From: an uncultured bacterium
Lineage (GTDB): Bacteria > Patescibacteriota > Minisyncoccia > Phycocordibacterales > GWA1-40-21
Assembly: GCA_903832855.1 (NCBI GenBank)
Contig: CAILDB010000014.1
Span: 128,144 to 192,143 of the forward strand
Direction of reading: 5' to 3'
DNA: 64,000 nucleotides
Shown here: one piece after another, positions 57,280 to 64,000 of the stretch
How positions within the stretch are numbered: the first letter of the stretch is position 1
Layout of the letters: each line of letters opens with the position of its first letter
Position numbers and translations under genes: made by a program
The notes under the pieces: generated by a model
What the model was told of the DNA's origin: nothing
Databases searched by the model: none
Seen by the model: only the letters and a program-made list of their open reading frames with translations

Positions 57280-59523
57280 ATGAATATTAAACAAATATTG
57301 AAGTGGGGTATCATTGTAGGACTTTTTGCGACGCTTATTGTGCCGTTTATCGTGTCGAATGGAATGTATTTTCCTTTTATAGTTGGTAAGGCGTTTGCAT
57401 TCAGAATCATTATAGAAATTATTTTTGCTCTTTGGCTTATTCTTATTTTTAAGGACAAGGAGGCAAGACCAAAATTTTCTTGGGTAGCACTTCTAGCAAT
57501 ACTTTTTGTTGTTGTGATGTTTATTGCGGATATCCTAGGGGTTGCTCCATCGAAATCTCTCTGGAGTAATTTTGAAAGAATGGATGGATGGGTGACACTC
57601 ATTCATCTTCTTATGTATTTTGTTGTCTTTGCTTCTGTAATTAAAGAAGATGTCTTGTATTGGTTTTTGAGGGCATCTGTAGGACTTAGTGCAGTTATGA
57701 CAGTAATGGCTTTTGCTGACATCAGCAATGGCATTTATCGCGTTTCTGGGCCACTTGGTAATCCTATTTATATTTCAATTTATTTTCTTTTTAACTTTTT
57801 CTTTATTTTAATTCTTTTGTATAAAGATGTTTTGCTAAAATGTTTGGAAAATGGAAAGATTATCGCTCAAAAATTTTTCAGTAATTGGTTACTTTATGTT
57901 TATTCCATCTTGGCTATTGTTCTTGCATATCTTATTTATACGACATCAAGGGGTGTTATTTTGGGATTGGGAGTTGGATTGCTGATTTCGGCCTTACTTG
58001 TAGCAATTTTTGAGAAGAACAATCTTCTTCTAAGAAAAATTTCTGCAGTTGTTTTTGCTGTGATACTTATATTCGGTTTTGCTTATTCGTGTTTTGTGTT
58101 TAGAGACACCGCACCATATCAGGCAATTGGACTTGGAAAAGTTGCACAAAAAATTGTGAATTCGGATTTTATAAAAAATCACGGAACTATTGAGAGATTG
58201 TTATCAATTTCTTTGACCGATCTTAATGGTCAAGCAAGACAACTTGTCTGGCCAATGGCGATAAAGGGCGAGATTGAGAGACCAATTCTTGGCTGGGGTC
58301 AGGAAAATTTTAACTATGTTTTCAACAAATATTACGATCCGAAAATGTATTCCCAAGAGCAATGGTTTGATAGAGCACACAATATGCCACTCGATATGCT
58401 CGTCGCCGGAGGACTTTTAGGATTTCTACTTTATCTTGGGCTTTATTTTGCTTGTCTTTATGAACTTTGGAGAAAAGGCGACAGATTGTCTGTGATTGAG
58501 AAGGCGATTATTACAGGGCTTCTTGCAGGATATTTTTTCCAAAGTTTGTTTGTCTTTGATAATAATGTAAGTTTTATTTTATTCTTTACAGTTCTTGGTA
58601 TTGTACATATTTATTCCGGAAGACAAAAAAGTGGGGAGGGAACAAATATGCAAAAGGTTTCTGTCTGGATGGATGAAACTGGCAAAAATGATGAAGCTGT
58701 AAATTACATTGTCTTACCGATTGTGATAATAGCTTTGGGCGCTTCTTTATATTTTGTAAATATTAAACCAATACAGACAAACCTCAATCTAATTTCTGCC
58801 GTGCAAACGCAAAATCAATATCCAGATTTAAGTTACAACTTTTTTCAAAAAGCTGTCTCAAATGGATTTCTAGGTTTACCTGAAGTCAGAGAAAGATTAC
58901 TAGAAAGTGCGCCTGCGGTATATCGTGGTACAGTTGCGACTCAAGATCTGAAAAATAAATTTGTCGACCTTGCATATATTCAAATAAAAGAACAAGTTCT
59001 TGGTAAAGAAGTTCCAGCTGGAAGTGGTAAGTTTGTTGGCGGATATCCAAACGATGCAAGGTATCAGGAATTTTTCGGATCTTTCTTATCTAATTTGGGC
59101 GATTTCAATCAAGCATTAATATATCTATTGAATGCAGAGAAACTTTCTCCAGCAAAACAAGCATTCAAGACGGCGCTTGTAAATGCGTATCTTAACCTCG
59201 GACAAATAGATAACGTGGTTAAGGAAGCAAAAGAATCATATGAATTAGAAACAAGTTATCCGGAAACAAAAATAATTTATGGCGTAGCACTCATCTTTGC
59301 GCAGGATCAGAAAACTTTTGATGCACTTTGGGGCAATGCTACGACAAGTGATCAAAGAATTCCCTCTGCATATATGGCAATTGCAAAAGGATATTATGAA
59401 AAAGGAGTGATTTCCACTGCAGTTAATTTATTGAGAAAAGGTGAAAAAATAAATCCAAACATGACGACCCAATTAGAAGGGATGATAAGTTCAATTTATA
59501 AAGGGATAAACCCATTTAAATAA
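57280..59523 (+). CDS. O-antigen ligase/polymerase-like (Wzy_C) polytopic membrane protein with ~300-aa C-terminal TPR-like soluble domain
   Basis: Multi-TM N-terminal half. RAHNMPLDMLVAGGLLGFLLYLGLYF matches the Wzy_C signature. Helical repeats in the C-terminal part. Confidence 0.55.
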   Translation: MNIKQILKWGIIVGLFATLIVPFIVSNGMYFPFIVGKAFAFRIIIEIIFALWLILIFKDKEARPKFSWVALLAILFVVVMFIADILGVAPSKSLWSNFERMDGWVTLIHLLMYFVVFASVIKEDVLYWFLRASVGLSAVMTVMAFADISNGIYRVSGPLGNPIYISIYFLFNFFFILILLYKDVLLKCLENGKIIAQKFFSNWLLYVYSILAIVLAYLIYTTSRGVILGLGVGLLISALLVAIFEKNNLLLRKISAVVFAVILIFGFAYSCFVFRDTAPYQAIGLGKVAQKIVNSDFIKNHGTIERLLSISLTDLNGQARQLVWPMAIKGEIERPILGWGQENFNYVFNKYYDPKMYSQEQWFDRAHNMPLDMLVAGGLLGFLLYLGLYFACLYELWRKGDRLSVIEKAIITGLLAGYFFQSLFVFDNNVSFILFFTVLGIVHIYSGRQKSGEGTNMQKVSVWMDETGKNDEAVNYIVLPIVIIALGASLYFVNIKPIQTNLNLISAVQTQNQYPDLSYNFFQKAVSNGFLGLPEVRERLLESAPAVYRGTVATQDLKNKFVDLAYIQIKEQVLGKEVPAGSGKFVGGYPNDARYQEFFGSFLSNLGDFNQALIYLLNAEKLSPAKQAFKTALVNAYLNLGQIDNVVKEAKESYELETSYPETKIIYGVALIFAQDQKTFDALWGNATTSDQRIPSAYMAIAKGYYEKGVISTAVNLLRKGEKINPNMTTQLEGMISSIYKGINPFK

Positions 59524-59524
59524 T

Positions 59525-59560
59525 CCCAGTAGTAAAGAAATAAGAATTTCTTACTACAGG
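59525..59560 (+). repeat. Hairpin repeat family (cccagtagtaaagaaat-aaga-atttcttactacagg), copy 3, ending 11 nt before the GME start codon
   Basis: Variant of the CCCCAGTAGTAG family. Confidence 0.45.
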
Positions 59561-59570
59561 ACAAGAAAAT

Positions 59571-60575
59571 ATGAAAACATTAAATATAAAAAAACAAAAG
59601 ACAGCTTTAGTTTGTGGAGCAGGGGGTTTTATTGGAAGTCATCTCGTAAGAAAATTAAAAAAAGAAGGATTTTGGGTGCGTGGTGTTGATCTCAAAAAAC
59701 CAGAATTCAGTAAAACCGAAGTGGATGAATTTGTAGTAGCAGATTTGAGAGAACAATCTGTATGTAAAAAAATACTAGACCGAGCGTTTGACGAAGTCTA
59801 TCAGCTTGCTGCTGATATGGGCGGAGCTGGATATATTTTTACTGGTGAACATGACGCAGATGTGATGCATAATTCTGCGACAATTAACCTAAATATTTCT
59901 TATTATGGTCAAAAAGCCGGAATAAAAAAGATATTTTATTCTTCATCGGCCTGTATTTATCCAGCTTACAATCAATTAGAAGCAAATAACCCAAATTGTT
60001 CGGAGGCTTCCGCTTATCCCGCAGAGCCAGATAGTGAATATGGATGGGAAAAGTTATTTAGTGAAAGATTGTATCTTTCTTTTATGCGCAACTACGGACT
60101 TAATGTTCGTATTGCTAGATTTCATAATATATTTGGACCCGAAGGTACATGGAGAGGTGGCAGAGAAAAAGCTCCAGCTGCTATGAGTCGCAAGGTCGCA
60201 GAAACAAAAAATGGTGGGACTATTGAAATATGGGGAGATGGTAAACAGACGAGATCATTTTTATACATTGATGAATGTTTGGAAGGAGTCAGAAGATTAA
60301 TGAATTCAGATTTCACTGGACCAGTAAATATTGGATCTGATGAAATGATTGCGATAAACGATCTTGCAAAAATGGCTATGGAGATTGCGGGTAAAAAAAT
60401 TAATATTAAACATATAAAAGGCCCACTCGGAGTAAGAGGAAGGAATTCCGACAATCATTTAATTAAAGCTAAACTTGGTTGGGCACCTAGTGCATCTCTT
60501 AAAGAAGGTATGAAAAAAACATATTTGTGGATTGAACAGCAAGTGGAAAAGAGTGCTAATAAAAAGACTAAATAA
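59571..60575 (+). CDS. GDP-mannose 3,5-epimerase (GDP-L-galactose/GDP-L-gulose forming), SDR family
   Basis: The match to plant/bacterial GME is extensive: GAGGFIGSH, LAADMGG, SSACIYP, AYPAEPDSEYGWEK, RFHNIFGPEGTWRGGREKAPAAMSRK, GDGKQTRSF, VNIGSDEM, GVRGRNSDN. Confidence 0.8.
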   Translation: MKTLNIKKQKTALVCGAGGFIGSHLVRKLKKEGFWVRGVDLKKPEFSKTEVDEFVVADLREQSVCKKILDRAFDEVYQLAADMGGAGYIFTGEHDADVMHNSATINLNISYYGQKAGIKKIFYSSSACIYPAYNQLEANNPNCSEASAYPAEPDSEYGWEKLFSERLYLSFMRNYGLNVRIARFHNIFGPEGTWRGGREKAPAAMSRKVAETKNGGTIEIWGDGKQTRSFLYIDECLEGVRRLMNSDFTGPVNIGSDEMIAINDLAKMAMEIAGKKINIKHIKGPLGVRGRNSDNHLIKAKLGWAPSASLKEGMKKTYLWIEQQVEKSANKKTK

Positions 60576-60612
60576 AGGTATTTAATATGATTTTAAAAGG
60601 CCTATTTGCCGA

Positions 60613-60718
60613 AAACTTGCATTATTTTGCGAAGTATGCTAAGATACTTAGGTGAGTGCTAGCAATTGTTAGCCCAAACGAATGTCTGTGTAAGGCCCCA
60701 CTTCGGTGGGGTTTTGCA
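60613..60718 (+). repeat. ~106-nt repeated module copy 1: promoter-like TTGCAT-17-TAAGAT, a ~70-nt transcribed region with the small hairpin gctagc-aatt-gttagc, and a terminator ggcccca-cttcg-gtggggtttt (candidate sRNA gene)
   Basis: The 3' 86 nt match 61925-62010 with 84/86 identity. It sits downstream of the GME gene and is convergent with the GT4 gene. Confidence 0.45.
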
Positions 60719-60720
60719 TT

Positions 60721-61884
60721 TTATTCTTCGTATATTCTCTTTGTGCTGTCAAACATTTTTTCTATACTAAATTTATTATTTATCGTTTCCTTCAAATTAT
60801 TTCCAAGTTTTTCTCTAAGTGTTTTATTTTTAATAAGTTCATTTATTTTTTCACTGATTTCTTCTATATTTTCTGATTCTATCAATAGTCCATTTTCCTC
60901 ATCATTGATTATCTCAGGAATCCCTCCAACTTTTGTGGCAATTACGGCTAGTCCTGCTTTACCTGCTTCAAGTAATGCATAGGGGAGTGCTTCTGATTTG
61001 GAAGTAAGAGTAAAAATATCAAATGCTTTTAGATATTTGCTTCCATCTGGAACATTTCCGACGAGTTTTATTTTTTGTTGCATTCCTAAATTATTGATGA
61101 GGTTTTGTAGATATTTTTTTCTTTCTCCTTCGCCACAAATAAAGAAAACAAAATTTTGATTTTGTATTTTAGCTAGGGCGTTTATTGTATCTTCTTGTCT
61201 TTTAATAGAGTGGAGCTCTCCAAGTGTCCCAATCCAAATTTCGTCGGAAAATTCTTGTGTCGGATCAAAAAACTTTCTGGCCTCGTCCTTATTTTTGAAA
61301 TTAATGTTGTCTATTCCATTATATATAACTACTAATTTATTTTTTATAAACGGCCAATTTGAAATTTGTTTCTTAGTGATTTCTGAGACGCAAATAGTCT
61401 TGTCGGAAAGTAAAACAGTCCACCAAGCAATTTTTTTGATAATTAGTTTTGACAAGAAATTTCTGTTTTCATTGAATGCCCAACCGTGAGCTGTAAATAT
61501 TATTTTAGAATTGTGTTTTGGAAAAATATTGCAAATTCTACCCGCGAGTGCGCCTAGGATACCCATTTTGGAACTATTTAGGTGTAGGATGTCCGGATTT
61601 TCTTTATAAATTATTTTTAGTATTTGGAAAAAACTTATAGCATCTTTTGCGATTTTTATATCTCTTCCAAACCCAATTCTTTCTGTTAGGACACCAATTT
61701 CTTCTAATTTTTCTGCAAGTTCTCCATTTCCGCCGAATAAAACTTTTATTTCGTTATCTTTGAAAAATTCTTTTGTAATATCAAAAACATACTTCTGGGC
61801 TCCTCCAAAGTTTGATTTTGTTATGCAAATTAATATTTTTTTGCTCATACTATTATTAGGCAGATTATATAGGAAATTGGGCAA
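60721..61884 (-). CDS. Glycosyltransferase family 4 (GT-B), flanked by the duplicated module
   Basis: KILICITKSNFGGAQKYVF...EALPYALLEAGKAGLAVIATKVGGIPEII..ENGLL are present. Confidence 0.75.
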   Translation of the reverse strand: MPNFLYNLPNNSMSKKILICITKSNFGGAQKYVFDITKEFFKDNEIKVLFGGNGELAEKLEEIGVLTERIGFGRDIKIAKDAISFFQILKIIYKENPDILHLNSSKMGILGALAGRICNIFPKHNSKIIFTAHGWAFNENRNFLSKLIIKKIAWWTVLLSDKTICVSEITKKQISNWPFIKNKLVVIYNGIDNINFKNKDEARKFFDPTQEFSDEIWIGTLGELHSIKRQEDTINALAKIQNQNFVFFICGEGERKKYLQNLINNLGMQQKIKLVGNVPDGSKYLKAFDIFTLTSKSEALPYALLEAGKAGLAVIATKVGGIPEIINDEENGLLIESENIEEISEKINELIKNKTLREKLGNNLKETINNKFSIEKMFDSTKRIYEE

Positions 61885-61898
61885 AATTGCGAGTATTT

Positions 61899-62008
61899 AT
61901 CAAGAACTTGTATTATTCCTAGGATATGGTAAGATACTTAAGTGAGTGCTAGCAATTGTTAGCCCAAACGAATGTCTGTGTAAGGCCCCACTTCGGTGGG
62001 GTTTTGCA
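61899..62008 (+). repeat. Repeated module copy 2 (TTGTAT-16-TAAGAT promoter-like, ~70-nt region, terminator), lying between the GT4 gene and murB
   Basis: Direct repeat of 60613-60718. Confidence 0.45.
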
Positions 62009-62153
62009 TGCCCGTTTGTCCTCTATTTTCATTTTTAATATTTATTGTTATTATAAATGTCTAGTTTGTGTGAAGTCACGACTGGCGGTTGCACTCACAT
62101 TAAGACATTAGTTGGAGGTTAGCTCCCGCCAGTCATGAGTTTATGGAAACTTT

Positions 62154-63323
62154 TTGCTTACTATGAAAATTTTTGAAAATTACCGATTGGATAACCTGAA
62201 TACTTTTAGAACTGGCGGAAAGGCCAGATTTTTTTGTATTATAAAAAGTGTTGATGATTTGAAAAAGGCTATTGATTTTACAAAGAAGAAAAAGCTAAAA
62301 AATTTTGTGCTTGGCGGAGGTTCAAATATATTAATTAGTGATGAAGGATTTGATGGGCTTGTGATAAAAAATGAAATTTTAGGAAAGTCTGTCATTGCGA
62401 GTGAAACGAAGCAATCTAAAGTGTCTGGAACTGGATTGCTTCGAGATTACTCTCGCAAAGACGAAGATGGTGAAAGAGAAATAGTTTGTTTTGGATCTGG
62501 AGAAAATTGGGACAAATGTGTTCTATCTAGTATAAAAAATAATTTATTTGGTTTAGAAAATCTTTCCTACATTCCCGGAACAGCGGGTGCATCGCCAGTG
62601 CAAAACATCGGAGCTTATGGTGTGGAAGCAAAAGATTTCATTTTCAAAGTGGAAGTGTTTGATACTGAAAGCGGGGAAGTTTTTGAAATGAAAAATAAAG
62701 AGTGTAAATTTTCTTACAGAAACAGTATTTTTAAAGTTAAAAAAAATTTGATAGTTACAAAAGTTTATTTTGCTTTGAATAAAAAATTTAAACCGGTTTT
62801 GACTTATGGTGGGGTGAAAGAAAAACTTGAAGAAACACGAGCGAGAATCTCTCCTACACAAAGTGCCCTAAAACGTCCCAAGTCCGGCCAGGGACGTTTT
62901 AAAGCACTTTGCTCCGGGGAGCTTCTCTCGGAGGTGACTGCTACGGATGTCAGAAATGCCGTGATTTTGATAAGAAAATCAAAGCTTCCGGAAGTTTCTG
63001 AGCTTGGTTCTGCCGGATCTTTTTTCAAAAATCCTGTTATAGAAAAAGAAAAGTTTGAAAAAATAAAAAAGAAGTATCCGGACATAAAGTTTTTTGAAGA
63101 AAACAATAAAATAAAAATTGCGCTTGGTTTTGTTCTAGATAAAATTTGCGGACTCAAAGGTTTTAGAAAAGGAAATGTCGGATTTTATGAAAAACAACCA
63201 CTTGTGATTGTAAATTACGGAAATGCAAACACAAAAGAAATTTTAGCGCTTGCAGAAATTGCAAAAAATAAAATAAAAGAAAAAATTGGAATAAAAATTG
63301 AAATGGAAGTTGAGAAAAAATAG
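62154..63323 (+). CDS. murB: UDP-N-acetylenolpyruvoylglucosamine reductase MurB with an in-frame GC-rich palindromic insertion
   Basis: FRTGGKARFF, LGGGSNILISD and GSAGSFFKNP are MurB signatures. The ~100-nt GC-rich insert at about 62850-62950 encodes SPTQSALKRPKSGQGRFKALCSGELLSEVTATD. Confidence 0.85.
   Translation: MLTMKIFENYRLDNLNTFRTGGKARFFCIIKSVDDLKKAIDFTKKKKLKNFVLGGGSNILISDEGFDGLVIKNEILGKSVIASETKQSKVSGTGLLRDYSRKDEDGEREIVCFGSGENWDKCVLSSIKNNLFGLENLSYIPGTAGASPVQNIGAYGVEAKDFIFKVEVFDTESGEVFEMKNKECKFSYRNSIFKVKKNLIVTKVYFALNKKFKPVLTYGGVKEKLEETRARISPTQSALKRPKSGQGRFKALCSGELLSEVTATDVRNAVILIRKSKLPEVSELGSAGSFFKNPVIEKEKFEKIKKKYPDIKFFEENNKIKIALGFVLDKICGLKGFRKGNVGFYEKQPLVIVNYGNANTKEILALAEIAKNKIKEKIGIKIEMEVEKK
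62860..62910 (+). repeat. 20-bp inverted repeat element (aaagtgccctaaaacgtccc..gggacgttttaaagcacttt) inside murB
   Basis: An imperfect palindrome with a 13-nt loop. The GC-rich stretch contrasts with the gene body. Confidence 0.5.
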
Positions 63324-63490
63324 TTATCCACAGTTTAATTGTTTTTTTATTTGTATAATATTTTACAAGTAGTAAAATTATAGCAACCTCAGATTATTTT
63401 TTGAGTCGAAAAAATATCTGAAACTTTAATAAAAACAAAAAGTATAAATTTATTTTGAAAATTTATATTAAGTAATCTAAATCTAAAAAC

Positions 63491-63571
63491 ATGGCAAAGA
63501 AAAAAGCAAGAAAAGTAGCTAAGAAAGGAAAGAAAGCTGCTAAGAAGGGAAAAAAGAAAGGAAAGAGATAA
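63491..63571 (+). CDS. 26-aa poly-Lys/Ala peptide ([26 protein letters not shown]) with its own terminator
   Basis: ATG to TAA ORF followed by a strong terminator (aaaaccgcccgcg-tttc-gcgggcggttttt) at 63579-63608. It is below the ORF-track size cutoff. Confidence 0.3.
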   Translation: MAKKKARKVAKKGKKAAKKGKKKGKR

Positions 63572-63628
63572 CCCTTTGAAAACCGCCCGCGTTTCGCGGG
63601 CGGTTTTTCGTTTCCTATTTTTGTGCTA

Positions 63629-63717
63629 CCCCGTAGTAGATTTTGCCATTAAAAATTACTACTTTGTGAGTGCATTTAAAGTTTTTTTAAAAACGATGGC
63701 AAAATTCACTACGGGGT
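63629..63717 (+). repeat. Hairpin repeat family copy 4: 21-bp stem (ccccgtagtagattttgccatt / aatggcaaaattcactacgggg) with a 45-nt loop, ending about 15 nt before the secA ATG
   Basis: Hand-aligned inverted repeat with the conserved CCCCGTAGTAG...CACTACGGGG termini. Confidence 0.45.
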
Positions 63718-63732
63718 GCTATTATGTCCCTA

Positions 63733-64000
63733 TGTTTTTAGACAAAATATTCGGAAATAGACAAGACAAATATATGAAGACCCTCAAGCCGGTTGTGGAC
63801 AAAATCAATGCACTGGAGCCAGATTTTGCTAAATTGTCCGACGAGGAGCTGAAGGGAAAAACCTTGGAATTCAAAGACCGAATTGCCAAAGGTGAAACTC
63901 TGGACAACCTATTGCCCGAGGCTTTTGCCCTAGTTCGTGAAGCAGGAAAAAGAACTCTTCACCAGAGACACTTTGATGTCCAACTTATGGGTGGAATTAT
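63733..64000 (+). CDS. secA: Preprotein translocase SecA (N-terminal fragment; continues past window)
   Basis: [89 protein letters not shown] matches the SecA N-terminus. Confidence 0.85.

Noticed and set aside
33508-63717. Possibility that the recurring hairpin repeats constitute a CRISPR array
   Set aside because: The copies are dispersed over 30 kb rather than tandem. They have no regular spacer-sized intervals and imperfect sequence identity. No cas genes are present.

Overview
This AT-rich window (roughly 35% GC, with a few GC-rich patches) looks like a genome of a Candidate Phyla Radiation (CPR/Patescibacteria) type bacterium. The basis is threefold: rRNA genes loaded with intron-like insertions that carry LAGLIDADG homing endonuclease (HE) genes; a ribosomal-protein operon with no L30 gene between S5 and L15; and almost no Shine-Dalgarno (SD) motifs, together with a 16S 3' terminus that lacks the CCUCC anti-SD.

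Content from start to end:
- 1-6.6 kb: secreted or surface proteins. These are a large Thr/Ser-rich protein (5' partial), a protein with four copies of a 'GxAWGENxGWIxF' repeat, and a PKD-domain protein.
- 6.8-16.4 kb: a ribosomal-protein operon running S19, L22, S3, L16, L29, S17, L14, L24, L5, then S14, S8, L6, L18, S5, L15, SecY, Adk, Map. A Nudix-like gene and an internal promoter sit between L5 and S14.
- 16.4-19.8 kb: a 923-aa protein with a VirD4/TraG-like (T4CP-like) P-loop ATPase half, then ndk.
- 20.4-27.1 kb: a 6.8-kb 23S rRNA carrying at least five insertions and three LAGLIDADG HE genes.
- 27.2-27.7 kb: 5S rRNA, followed by a degenerate 5S-like copy that carries nested inverted-repeat elements.
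- 27.8-33.3 kb: rodA/ftsW, a pilin-like gene, secD and secF.
- 33.8-36.2 kb: 16S rRNA with a ~900-nt intron at the decoding region, carrying a frameshifted HE gene.
- 36.4-38.4 kb: a GC-rich islet between the 16S and murC. It holds two small ORFs, tRNA-Ile and tRNA-Leu, and a 235-aa ORF; the outer two ORFs have consensus promoters (one with an operator-like palindrome) and real SD motifs.
- 38.4-45.8 kb: murC, rsmI, a putative membrane glycoside hydrolase, a second T4CP-like ATPase paralog, and murD.
- 45.8-61.9 kb: a surface-glycan cluster of about 16 kb. It contains GT2, GT4 and GT11 glycosyltransferases, four methyltransferases, a flippase, an O-antigen-ligase-like protein and GDP-mannose 3,5-epimerase.
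- 62.2-64.0 kb: murB, a 26-aa poly-lysine peptide, and the start of secA.

Several families of dispersed hairpin or palindromic repeats recur across the window. Some are inserted in-frame into murC, murB and the tail of the second ATPase. Others form a duplicated promoter-to-terminator module and a 'CCCCAGTAGTAG...CACTACGGGG' hairpin family.

All coordinates for features not taken from the ORF track were counted by hand and may be off by a few nucleotides.
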